This document shows, in pieces, positions 1 through 7,508 of a DNA stretch of 49,193 nucleotides (position 1 is its first letter; the number at the start of each line of letters is the position of its first letter). Source of the DNA: a virus (taxonomy: Duplodnaviria; Caudoviricetes); IMG/VR virus record IMGVR_UViG_3300028293_000009, positions 1-49,193 of that record, one strand, 5' to 3'. The notes under the pieces are model-generated. The model searched no databases. It was not told where the DNA came from and saw only the letters and a list, made by a program, of their open reading frames with translations. Made by a program: the position numbers and the translations under genes.

Positions 1-171
1 GCCGCCGCCGCCGCCGCCGCCGCCGCCTACGCCGCCAACGCCGCCGCCGCCTACGCCGCCAACGCCGCCGCCAACGCCGATCACCTTCTCAGGCTCATCC
101 TCGATCTGTGTGCAATGGGCGAGAAGTGCGAAGTCGTACAGGTGCGCAGTCTGGCCGAGCTGCCGCAGTAA
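1..171 (+). CDS. 3' part of Ala-rich repeat phage protein (continues from 48632-49193 across the window break)
   Basis: Frame 1 reads AAAAAAAAAYAANAAAAYAANAAANADHLLRLILDLCAMGEKCEVVQVRSLAELPQ* (TAA 169-171), with the same GCC/TAC/AAC repeat as the window end. Confidence 0.75.
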   Translation, partial: AAAAAAAAAYAANAAAAYAANAAANADHLLRLILDLCAMGEKCEVVQVRSLAELPQ

Positions 172-219
172 CCGAACATCACCGCAAGTTGCAACGAGCA
201 ACGGAACGGGAGGCTGGCA

Positions 220-447
220 ATGGCTGAGAGCAAGTGCAAGGGTTGCGGCAAGAAGATCGTCTGGGCAAAGGACGAGAACGGAACGAAGCATCCGCTCGAT
301 TTGGTCGCTCCCGTCTATCAGATCACGTCGCCAGAGCTGCCGGAGAATGAGGACATGCCGCTCTGCCGGCGCGCGCAGGCAACGTACGTTAGCCACTTCG
401 CAACTTGTAGTCAGGCCAACCTGTTCGGCAAGGGGCGTAAGGACTGA
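220..447 (+). CDS. small Zn-finger-like hypothetical protein
   Basis: GGAGG RBS; CKGC near the N-terminus and SHFATC near the C-terminus. Confidence 0.75.
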   Translation: MAESKCKGCGKKIVWAKDENGTKHPLDLVAPVYQITSPELPENEDMPLCRRAQATYVSHFATCSQANLFGKGRKD

Positions 448-448
448 C

Positions 449-556
449 ATGGCAGCTTCAATCCCGGCGTGGCTCGCTGTTCTTGTTCTCGCGGGTTGCT
501 GGATCATCTTCGCGTGTCTCGTGTGCCGGATCTTTCGCGCGACGCAACGCAAATGA
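449..556 (+). CDS. small membrane protein
   Basis: MAASIPAWLAVLVLAGCWIIFACLVCRIFRATQRK has one hydrophobic helix; ATGA-coupled to next gene. Confidence 0.6.
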   Translation: MAASIPAWLAVLVLAGCWIIFACLVCRIFRATQRK

Positions 557-747
557 CCGCGATCCCTCGATGCCGGCGCAGCGGCAAGCTGTGCTACGAG
601 ACGAAGTGGTCCGCGCTGCGGTCGCGCTCCAAGATGTCGAAGGCGCGAGCATGCACCCGGGTCTACCTTTGTCCGTCATGCCACACGTGGCACCTGGGTC
701 GTGGCCACCGCGATGCTCCGCGCCCGCGGGAGGAGCCGAACGAATGA
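553..747 (+). CDS. Zn-ribbon hypothetical protein
   Basis: CRRSGKLCY...VYLCPSCHTWHL; ATGA overlaps on both sides. Confidence 0.7.
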   Translation: MTAIPRCRRSGKLCYETKWSALRSRSKMSKARACTRVYLCPSCHTWHLGRGHRDAPRPREEPNE

Positions 748-1025
748 AACAGCGCGGCGTCCTGACCACGGAGTGGATCGACTGCTGGGATTGCTTCCAG
801 GGAGTGATCGACCACTTCCGCACGCACGAGTCTTGGAAGGGGCGCAGCACCGGCAACACCTACTACGCGTGGCGACTCGGCACCTTCGACGGCAACGATG
901 CGGCACAGTTCGCCGCGGAGGAGAAGCCGTTTCTCGAGGCTGCGATTTGTCACCCCGTAGCCTTCGCTGTGTTACAAGGCGAGAACTCTCAGGTGTTCCA
1001 CCTGAAGCCGAGGACGCGACGATGA
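744..1025 (+). CDS. hypothetical protein
   Basis: GGAGGAG RBS, ATGA coupling, MKQRGVLTTEWIDCW... Confidence 0.7.
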   Translation: MKQRGVLTTEWIDCWDCFQGVIDHFRTHESWKGRSTGNTYYAWRLGTFDGNDAAQFAAEEKPFLEAAICHPVAFAVLQGENSQVFHLKPRTRR

Positions 1026-1213
1026 AGTGTGACGAGCCATGTGTGTTCTGTGGGCAGCCCGGCCTGGTCTGGGTGCTCTTCCCGCCGGGCAAGCCCCGCT
1101 ACTGCTGCCGCTCGTGCAGTAAGATCGGGCTCGTTCCGGCTCTCGACAAGATCGCAGAGATCGAAGAGCGCGAAGGCCGAGAGGCCGCGATCGCGCCAAA
1201 GGAGAGTGCATGA
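1022..1213 (+). CDS. Cys-rich hypothetical protein
   Basis: CVFC...CCRSC; ATGA coupling. Confidence 0.65.
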   Translation: MKCDEPCVFCGQPGLVWVLFPPGKPRYCCRSCSKIGLVPALDKIAEIEEREGREAAIAPKESA

Positions 1214-1446
1214 CTGACTACCGCGCCGTCTTCGACGACTGCGCCGAGCGACTGAATCAGGAACTGGAGAACTGCGCGGAGCTCGTCGAGGTCCTTCGAA
1301 AGAAGGTCCACGAACGAGGAGGCCCGAAGGCCGGCGCCGAACTCGCCCTGATGTGGCTCAGCGATCACCCCGGCGTCGCGCAGCGCATCGCCATGGCCGT
1401 CGTGGTCGCTACGATCGCGCGCGAGTCGATCGAGGAGGCGCCTTGA
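1210..1446 (+). CDS. hypothetical protein
   Basis: AGGAG RBS, ATGA coupling, typical high-GC3 codon use. Confidence 0.7.
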   Translation: MTDYRAVFDDCAERLNQELENCAELVEVLRKKVHERGGPKAGAELALMWLSDHPGVAQRIAMAVVVATIARESIEEAP

Positions 1447-1706
1447 GCTACGAAGAGCAAGAGCGCAGCGAGCGGCAGTTGTTCGGGTGGGTCTTCCTGG
1501 CGACGGCCAGCGAATACAACGAGGTCCTCGGCCGCACCTACGCGACGTCGGTCTTCCTCGCTCACGACGCACTGCACAGCTTGGTTACCCTCGGCCGCTT
1601 CTCCACCTTCGACCCTCGAGCTCGCGAGATGATCATGGAGCTCACCGGCCTCTACCTACAACTACGCGAGATCGTCGCCGGTCTCGTCCACGACGTCATC
1701 CAATGA
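1443..1706 (+). CDS. hypothetical protein (TTG start)
   Basis: TTGA overlap with the previous stop, GAGGAGG RBS. Confidence 0.65.
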   Translation: MSYEEQERSERQLFGWVFLATASEYNEVLGRTYATSVFLAHDALHSLVTLGRFSTFDPRAREMIMELTGLYLQLREIVAGLVHDVIQ

Positions 1707-1948
1707 GCGAGACCAACCCCACCTGCACGCAGTGCTCCAAGCCCTACACCGTCCCTGCCTCGCGCAAGGAGAACGAGGGCCTGTGTGAGACGTGCCGTCC
1801 ATACCCAGTCTGCGGCCGATGCGGCGGCTTCGGGGATCGCTACGTCCTCAGCACGAAGTGTCGGCACCGCGGATCGTGGCAGAAGTGCGACCGCTGCGGC
1901 GGCACCCGCCACGAGAAACACCGCCGCGGCCAGGAACCAACCACATGA
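1703..1948 (+). CDS. multi-CxxC zinc-finger protein (DnaJ-like CxxCxGxG repeats)
   Basis: CTQC, CETC, CGRCGGFG, CDRCGGT. Confidence 0.7.
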   Translation: MSETNPTCTQCSKPYTVPASRKENEGLCETCRPYPVCGRCGGFGDRYVLSTKCRHRGSWQKCDRCGGTRHEKHRRGQEPTT

Positions 1949-2367
1949 AGTTCATCGAGCTCGACGGCGCTTGCTACAACGCCGACCTGATCGCCACCGC
2001 CAGTAAGCCAGCCTACGGCGAGGGACGCGAGAACAAGACGCAACTGCAGTTCTCCGGCATGGGCAACGTGATCCACGAGGTCGACGTGCCCTACGACGAG
2101 GTCCGCAAGAAGCTGCGGGCCCTCACGCCCGAGGAGCGCGAGACGTACTACGTCGCGAAGATCGTCAGGCTGGAGAAGGACCTGGCGGCGGCGCGCGGGG
2201 CAACGATCGCTGAGGCGGAGTACCAGCGATCACTGGCCGAGCCACAGTGCTACCTCTGCAGCAGCCGCGACGACCTCCGCCACTTCGGCGCCAACGGCCG
2301 CGAGATCAACCTCTGCACCATGTGCCTCAGCCACGGCGGGACACGCGACTGGATGGGGGCGCAATGA
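1945..2367 (+). CDS. hypothetical protein with C-terminal Zn finger
   Basis: MKFIELDGACYNADLI...CYLC...CTMC; ATGA coupling. Confidence 0.7.
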   Translation: MKFIELDGACYNADLIATASKPAYGEGRENKTQLQFSGMGNVIHEVDVPYDEVRKKLRALTPEERETYYVAKIVRLEKDLAAARGATIAEAEYQRSLAEPQCYLCSSRDDLRHFGANGREINLCTMCLSHGGTRDWMGAQ

Positions 2368-2801
2368 AGGCATCACTCGAGGAACGGTTCTGGAGTCGGG
2401 TCGACAAGAACGGGCCCAACGGATGCTGGGTCTGGACCGGAGGACTCAACCCGTGCGGCTACGGCAAGATCCGGGTCGGCGTTCAAACCCGCGGAGCTCA
2501 TCGCGTCAGCTACGAGATCGCAAAGGGGACGGTCCCGAATGGGCTTCAGCTTGACCACCTGTGCCGCAACCGACGCTGCGTGAACCCGGACCACATGGAA
2601 CCAGTGACCCAGAGGGAGAACATCCTGCGCGGTATCAGCTTCGCAGCCAACAATGCCAAGCAAACCCACTGCCACCGAGGGCACGAGCTTGCTGGTGCGA
2701 ACCTCGAAAAGTCGCACCTGCGCCACGGCATGCGGGCGTGCATTCTCTGCTGTCGCATCCGGGACAGGGAGTATCGCAGGCGACGCAGGGAGCGAGCGTA
2801 G
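2364..2801 (+). CDS. HNH endonuclease (phage HNH_3 type)
   Basis: RFWSRVDK..CWVWTG..GYG..AHRVSYE..LDHLCRNRRCVNPDHMEPVTQREN..THCHRGH. Confidence 0.92.
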   Translation: MKASLEERFWSRVDKNGPNGCWVWTGGLNPCGYGKIRVGVQTRGAHRVSYEIAKGTVPNGLQLDHLCRNRRCVNPDHMEPVTQRENILRGISFAANNAKQTHCHRGHELAGANLEKSHLRHGMRACILCCRIRDREYRRRRRERA

Positions 2802-2995
2802 TGAAGGCCTGGATCGTCTGGCTCGACCCGGCGGACAACGACCGCCCGCACTGGGTCAGGGTCGACGACGTCGCCGTCCCCGCCGTCCAGCAGGTCATCG
2901 ACGGGATCCGCGGCCGCGGCGGACGCGAGCAACCACCACCCGTAGGTCCGACCACACCGGAAACCACAACCTGTGGTGTACGGAGCCCGAGTTGA
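2801..2995 (+). CDS. hypothetical protein
   Basis: GTG start overlapping the HNH stop; last gene of the + operon. Confidence 0.45.
   Translation: MKAWIVWLDPADNDRPHWVRVDDVAVPAVQQVIDGIRGRGGREQPPPVGPTTPETTTCGVRSPS
2933..2979. promoter_or_regulatory. tandem NrdR-box-like operator pair 1
   Basis: CCACCACCCGTAGGTC (2933) and CCACAACCTGTGGTGT (2964), 31 bp apart; resembles the NrdR consensus acaCwAtATaTwGtgt; a second pair lies at 45822/45854. Confidence 0.5.
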
Positions 2996-3020
2996 CACCT
3001 ATGGACACGGTCGTTACGGT
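2992..3020 (+). promoter_or_regulatory. sigma70-type promoter
   Basis: TTGACA-N17-TACGGT. Confidence 0.6.
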
Positions 3021-3026
3021 CTCCAC

Positions 3027-3340
3027 CCGACCGCCGAAGCGAAGCTGCACGCGCGCCACGGCCGGTCCTGGAGTGCGCGAGTCGCCGGCGCTGGACACGG
3101 CCGCCGGCGACACCTTCCAGCTCAGGACTCGGGCCGCCACCTGTGCTACATCGCGGGCAACCGCGAACGGCGGCGCAACTAAGCGACCCGAGCCACTGCG
3201 CTGCACCGCGCGATCGCACACTCGAGGGCCCGCTTCCCACACTCCGGGGCCCAGTTCGCATACTCGCGCCGACGACGGTCGCACGCCGCTGCAGCGCGAC
3301 CGCTGGATTCCTGGCGGTCACCGGGGGTTTTCCAGCGGCA
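3027..3340 (+). ncRNA. candidate structured non-coding RNA
   Basis: Starts just after the promoter; nested stems 3031-36/3168-73, 3081-90/3102-11, 3151-56/3161-66 (GCAA tetraloop), 3198-3205/3290-97, 3226-31/3247-52, 3300-07/3331-38; no convincing ORF. Confidence 0.4.
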
Positions 3341-3533
3341 CACGACAGGAACCAGCCATGAGCGACCAGAACAACAGCCTGAGCAGACCAGAAGCCCCCC
3401 AGGCACAACGGGGAGGACGAAACGGACGGAAACGGCACGCGCGCCGAGAACGGGGCCCCGAGAAAGGACCCCCCTGCTTCGCGCGCGCGACCCGGGCCAC
3501 CCCCCTGGTAGAGGGCCGCCCCAGGGGACGGCA

Positions 3534-3561
3534 ACTTCCGATAATGGTTCATATGTTAAGC
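3534..3561 (+). other. dif-like XerC/XerD recombination site
   Basis: ACTTCCGATAA-TGGTTC-ATATGTTAAGC has the 11-6-11 layout, an ATAA inner XerC arm and a TATGTTAA XerD arm; conspicuous AT-rich island in a convergent intergenic region. Confidence 0.65.
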
Positions 3562-3720
3562 CCACGGCCCGGCCGCGTCGGTGGCCCGACCCAACGCGCT
3601 TCGGGGCCGAGGCCATCGGTCGGGCTGACTGGCCGAGCCGGCGGACAGGATGACATCGGCGCCACACCTGCCGTGCGGCCGTGTGGTCGAGGTCGAGGCG
3701 CCGGCCTGCGGCTGCTGCCG

Positions 3721-4227
3721 CTACGCGTCGAGGTCGAGGCGCTCGCGCAGGTCGCGTCTGGCGCGGTGTACGCGGGACCGGCAGCCGGACGGCGAGTAGC
3801 CGAACTCAGCGGCGAGGTCGGCGTCGGTGGCTCCGGCGAACACGCGGCGCGCGAGCAGGTCGCCGTTGCGCAGCGTGGCGATGGCGCCGGCGATCGAATC
3901 GGGCAGGTCCTGGTCTGGGCACTCCGGCGCCGCCTGCGGCTCCGAGACCCATTCGCCGGTGGTCTCGTCGAACATGGCGGGGAACGGGCAGAGGGCGCGC
4001 CAGCGAGTCGACCTCTTGGCGGCAAGGCGCGTGCGGCGCGCGATTTGGACCATCGCCAGGGTTGAGGCGTGCACCTGGGCGCCGCGGGCGACCCACTGCC
4101 AGAAGGCGAGGACCGCTTCCTGCGCGAGGTCGTCGACGTGCGCCATCGTCCACGGGTCGCGGTAGCGGCGCAGGACTCCGGTCGCCACGTTGCGGAGCTG
4201 CTGCCAGTCGAACGAGGGCGCCGTCAT
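3721..4227 (-). CDS. ECF-type RNA polymerase sigma factor
   Basis: Region 2 motif VDDLAQEAVLAFWQ and region 4 motif DLAAEFGYSPSGCRSRVHRARRDLRERL; 168 aa; GAGGAGG RBS. Confidence 0.8.
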   Translation of the reverse strand: MTAPSFDWQQLRNVATGVLRRYRDPWTMAHVDDLAQEAVLAFWQWVARGAQVHASTLAMVQIARRTRLAAKRSTRWRALCPFPAMFDETTGEWVSEPQAAPECPDQDLPDSIAGAIATLRNGDLLARRVFAGATDADLAAEFGYSPSGCRSRVHRARRDLRERLDLDA

Positions 4228-4550
4228 GGCGCCTCCTCGTCTGCATCGCCGAAGGCGGCGCGGGCGGCGTGCGGTCCGTTAGCGCGCTCGAAGTCGTCTC
4301 GGTGCATGCCGTCGACCTTCGGGGCGCGCGGCTGCCGGTGGCGCCTGTGGTGCATCATCCACGGGAGCATGCCGAAGCGGTCCGTCGGGACCGTCAGGAG
4401 CCCGGGGTCGAGGTTGACGGACACCAGCAGGTGGTCGAGCCCGTGGTCGCGGGCGTGGTCCACAAGCGAGTTGAGACACCGGGCGGAGACAGGATGCCCC
4501 CCGGTGATGCCGGCGAGGGCGACGGCAACGTCTACGGCGTCGGGGCGCAT
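4224..4550 (-). CDS. hypothetical protein
   Basis: MRPDAVDVAVALAG...; GGAGGA RBS; stop overlaps the sigma start. Confidence 0.55.
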   Translation of the reverse strand: MRPDAVDVAVALAGITGGHPVSARCLNSLVDHARDHGLDHLLVSVNLDPGLLTVPTDRFGMLPWMMHHRRHRQPRAPKVDGMHRDDFERANGPHAARAAFGDADEEAP

Positions 4551-4552
4551 GG

Positions 4553-4804
4553 TCAGTTCCTCCCCGGTGCGGGCGGCGCCGGCGGCGGCGTGTTGTCGGC
4601 GGTGATGTCGAAGGCGACGAGGCACGCGAGGTAGTCCGCGGCGGCGCCGACGTTCTCGGCGATCAGCTCTTGGGCAACGGCGCGGAAGTGACGGAAGGCG
4701 ACGGGCTCGCCGGCGATGGTGTGTCCGAGCAGGCGGCGCCCGAACTCGATCGCGAGCGGGGCGACGAGGCGGCGGAGTGGTTGGAGGTCCGAACGGGTCG
4801 TCAT
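4553..4804 (-). CDS. hypothetical protein
   Basis: MTTRSDLQPLRRLVAPLAIEFG...; fits the operon. Confidence 0.6.
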   Translation of the reverse strand: MTTRSDLQPLRRLVAPLAIEFGRRLLGHTIAGEPVAFRHFRAVAQELIAENVGAAADYLACLVAFDITADNTPPPAPPAPGRN

Positions 4805-4814
4805 TTGGGATCCT

Positions 4815-4851
4815 GGGGGCGCCGCGGGATTGCGGATTGCTGCCCCCACAA
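4815..4851 (-). promoter_or_regulatory. duplicated leader motif, copy B
   Basis: Minus strand TTGTGGGGGCAGCAATCCGCAATCCCGCGGCGCCCCC just upstream of ATG 4804; shares CGCAATCCCGCG with 5695-5730. Confidence 0.55.
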
Positions 4852-4975
4852 GTGCGCATTCCGGCACGGCGTGTCCCCGACGCCCAGCGGGCGCCCGAGC
4901 TCGAGGGGCGCCGGGGCGGCGGTCGCGGCCTGGGCGTTCGGCTACGCGCGGCAGTCGCGGCCTGACCGCTCGGCA

Positions 4976-5272
4976 TCAGCCGCCGGCCTCGGGCTGATCG
5001 CCTGGGGACCCAAGCGGCCGGCGCCTGATGCTGATCGGAATCCGTTCCTCATCGCTCAGGTCACCGCGCATCAACCGGATGCTGATCTCCAGCGCCTCAC
5101 GTCGTGGGATCCGCTTCAGCAGGCATTCGAGCTTGGTTGCCAAGGCAAGGTTGATCTCCGAGAGGCGGAGCGCCTCGTCGAGCAAACCCGCGTCGATGTA
5201 TTCCCGGCTCACCTTCGTGAGCGTGTCGATTTGCTCGGCAACCTCGGCGATGCGGTTCCGGAGGTTCGTCAT
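4976..5272 (-). CDS. hypothetical helical protein
   Basis: MTNLRNRIAEVAEQIDTL...; ATGA coupling. Confidence 0.65.
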   Translation of the reverse strand: MTNLRNRIAEVAEQIDTLTKVSREYIDAGLLDEALRLSEINLALATKLECLLKRIPRREALEISIRLMRGDLSDEERIPISIRRRPLGSPGDQPEAGG

Positions 5273-5484
5273 TCAGGCCACCCGCGGGCCACGGCCTGAT
5301 CGCTCGGCGGGGCCGGCGGCGCGACGGCGCACAGGCCGAAGAGCCCTTCCTCGATCAACCCGAGGTCCTTGGCGTGCATGAGCAGATCGGCCAGGATCGC
5401 CGGCGCCACGGTCGAGGAGACCATGGAGTCGACGAGCAGGGCGCCGAGCTGCGCCAGCCTGCGCTCCTGTTCGCGTGGGGTCAT
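5269..5484 (-). CDS. hypothetical protein
   Basis: Coupled by 4-nt overlaps on both sides. Confidence 0.6.
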   Translation of the reverse strand: MTPREQERRLAQLGALLVDSMVSSTVAPAILADLLMHAKDLGLIEEGLFGLCAVAPPAPPSDQAVARGWPE

Positions 5485-5681
5485 GCGACGACGGCCTGCC
5501 TTCCGATGTTGGCCGCGACGATGGCCGCGGCGACCTGAGGGCAGACGCTGTTCCCGATGCGCGCGATCTGGGCGGCCTTGGACCCGCGCAACTGGTAGCT
5601 GTCGGGGAAGCCCTGGGCCCTGGCCAGCTCGCGCGGCTCCAGCGAGATCGAGGCCGGCACGATGCCGGAGTGTTGTGCCAT
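5481..5681 (-). CDS. stand-alone C-terminal fragment (motifs IX-X) of a C5-cytosine DNA methyltransferase
   Basis: LEPRELARAQGFPDSY...QIARIGNSVCPQVAAAIV; own AGGA RBS; no motif I/IV part seen in the window. Confidence 0.75.
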   Translation of the reverse strand: MAQHSGIVPASISLEPRELARAQGFPDSYQLRGSKAAQIARIGNSVCPQVAAAIVAANIGRQAVVA

Positions 5682-5694
5682 GTTCCTATCCTCC

Positions 5695-5730
5695 GGGGAG
5701 TCGCGGGATTGCGAGAGTGCTCCCCTACAA
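5695..5730 (-). promoter_or_regulatory. duplicated leader motif, copy A
   Basis: Minus strand TTGTAGGGGAGCACTCTCGCAATCCCGCGACTCCCC upstream of ATG 5681. Confidence 0.55.
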
Positions 5731-5737
5731 AGGGACG

Positions 5738-6049
5738 CTACGACGTTTTGCGTCCCGCGCCCTTCTTCGTCTTCGGCTCCTCGCTGGCCTGCTCCTCGTC
5801 GCGTGCTGGCGGTTCGTCCGCGGCCTGCTTCGCCGGCGCTGGCGCTGGCGGCTCGAGCCGGAGCAGCGGCGGGTCGGCGTCTGCGTCGTTCATCTTCGCG
5901 AGATGGTTCTTCTCTGCTCGCGCGCAGATCGCTTCGATGCGTTCTTCTGCGTCCGCGCCCTCCGTCGCCAAAACCTCAAGGACCTCGTCGGCGAAGGCCA
6001 GTCGCTCCATCAGCTGCGGCGCGTCTCCTGGTTTGCGTAGCTTCGTCAC
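5738..6049 (-). CDS. hypothetical protein, low-complexity C-terminus
   Basis: GTG start with AGGAG RBS; MTKLRKPGDAPQLMERLAFADEVLEVL... Confidence 0.6.
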   Translation of the reverse strand: MTKLRKPGDAPQLMERLAFADEVLEVLATEGADAEERIEAICARAEKNHLAKMNDADADPPLLRLEPPAPAPAKQAADEPPARDEEQASEEPKTKKGAGRKTS

Positions 6050-6116
6050 TGTGCTGCTCCTGCGGTATCTAGGGTGATAACGGGGTGTTTGCGCCGGTGC
6101 CGCCGGCGCGCGGGTT

Positions 6117-6620
6117 TCAGAGTTGGTCGGGGTCGTGCAGCGCGAGCTGGTAGGCGGCACGCTCGATACAACCCGGCTCCTTGCCGAAGTTGAGGCCTGG
6201 GCCGTCGCCGGCGAACCACAAGCGAAGGCCTCCGAAGTTGCCGGAGCCAACGTGGTGGGGCGTTCCGGCGATCGGCTCCAGCAGGTTGCTCGATGGGTCG
6301 CACTTGTCGCAGGCGGCCTGCAGCGCGTCGCTGTGCCGGCGGGCCAGGATGGCAACCGCCGAGGGGCTGTGCGAGACATCGACGAACCGGTTGCCTCCGC
6401 ACAGGATCTCGCCGGTCGCTTCGTCGCGGTCGACGCGCTCGACGGTACGGGCAATCCTCTGCGCGAGCGCGAATGGCACAGTTACGTCGCGCACCGTCAC
6501 GTACATCGTCGATCCCATACTGTAGTGATCGTGACGCACGGAGACCTGCCGCGCGTTGAAACCTGCAGCCTTGAAGGCGGCGCGCAGCTGGTCAGCGGGC
6601 GCCATGGTGTCGTTGCTCAT
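6117..6620 (-). CDS. hypothetical protein, LPD29-like domain
   Basis: LRAAFKAAGFNARQVSVRHDHYSMGSTMYVTV...RDEATGEILCGGNRFV resembles the polyvalent-protein-associated LPD29 domain; GAGGA RBS. Confidence 0.55.
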   Translation of the reverse strand: MSNDTMAPADQLRAAFKAAGFNARQVSVRHDHYSMGSTMYVTVRDVTVPFALAQRIARTVERVDRDEATGEILCGGNRFVDVSHSPSAVAILARRHSDALQAACDKCDPSSNLLEPIAGTPHHVGSGNFGGLRLWFAGDGPGLNFGKEPGCIERAAYQLALHDPDQL

Positions 6621-6666
6621 GTCGGTTCCTCTCTGGTTGTAGTGGTTGACACAGAGGGTGACCACG

Positions 6667-7077
6667 TCACTTCGCGTCCTGCCGGTGGTTCGTGTGCCAC
6701 ACAACCCAGCGGCGATACTTCTGCGCCTTGATCGCGATCCTGCGCAGCCTGGGCAGCCAGTACGAATGCCCTGGGCCCATCGGCCTGGCCGGCAGGTGCT
6801 TGAGGACCCACTCGGGCGACGTCGAGCCGCTGCAACCGACCTGGACGCCCAGTCGCAGGCGGCACACGATCTCGTTGGCCATGAGGTCGCTGACCGTGAG
6901 GATGAAGGGGGACTGGTCGATCGTCACGCCACCGTAGCCGCCGCAACCTGGGCAGTGCTCAAGGAGCTCGCGCGCCTTGCCGAGGGTCTCGTGGCCGGTG
7001 ACACCACAGACCGAGCACGGCAGCTCGCGCCCAGTCTCGAAGTGAATCCCTTGGATGAAGAAGCTGACTGTTGCCAT
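6667..7077 (-). CDS. Zn-finger hypothetical protein
   Basis: CSVCGVTG...CPGCGGYG. Confidence 0.65.
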   Translation of the reverse strand: MATVSFFIQGIHFETGRELPCSVCGVTGHETLGKARELLEHCPGCGGYGGVTIDQSPFILTVSDLMANEIVCRLRLGVQVGCSGSTSPEWVLKHLPARPMGPGHSYWLPRLRRIAIKAQKYRRWVVWHTNHRQDAK

Positions 7078-7184
7078 GGGCAACACCTGATTGAAAAGGC
7101 CGCCGGGGAACTGCTAAGGGAAGAAGGGGAGATACGAGACAGTTTTACGGCCACCGTCCGAGACCAACCCGCGGCTGAGTGTTT

Positions 7185-7508
7185 CTAGATGTCCTGCGGC
7201 TCGCGCCGCACCGTCCACTCTCCCGGCCTCTCTGGGTCAGGATAGAGGAACGAGACGGATCGGTCTTCCTGCGAGCCGTGGTAGTGAACTTGGATCATGA
7301 TCTCCTCCTCCGGGACGATGCACGTTCGCTGGTACGTGTGTGCATCTACCTGCAGGTGCTTCACGATCTCCTTTTCGAGGCGGTGGATTTCAACGCGCGC
7401 GTGCGCCTCGTCGCGCGAGGCCTCGACCGCAACGCGCGTCTGCTTGCGGTGCTCGACGACGAGCTCGCGGATGGTGGGGTGGTCCTTGATCTCGTAGGGG
7501 TTGCTCAT
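7185..7508 (-). CDS. hypothetical protein
   Basis: ATGA coupling; coiled-coil N-terminal half. Confidence 0.65.
   Translation of the reverse strand: MSNPYEIKDHPTIRELVVEHRKQTRVAVEASRDEAHARVEIHRLEKEIVKHLQVDAHTYQRTCIVPEEEIMIQVHYHGSQEDRSVSFLYPDPERPGEWTVRREPQDI

Noticed and set aside
2653-4065. 470-aa plus-strand ORF (internal ATG 3358 with AGGA) across the intergenic region
   Set aside because: It has Arg/Pro/Gly-rich non-coding composition, runs through the dif-like site and is antisense to the sigma gene. A short translated product cannot be fully excluded.
6647-6680. TTGACA preceded by a partial GTAGTGG box
   Set aside because: There is no plausible -10 element, only half of the operator matches, and it is antisense to the local genes.
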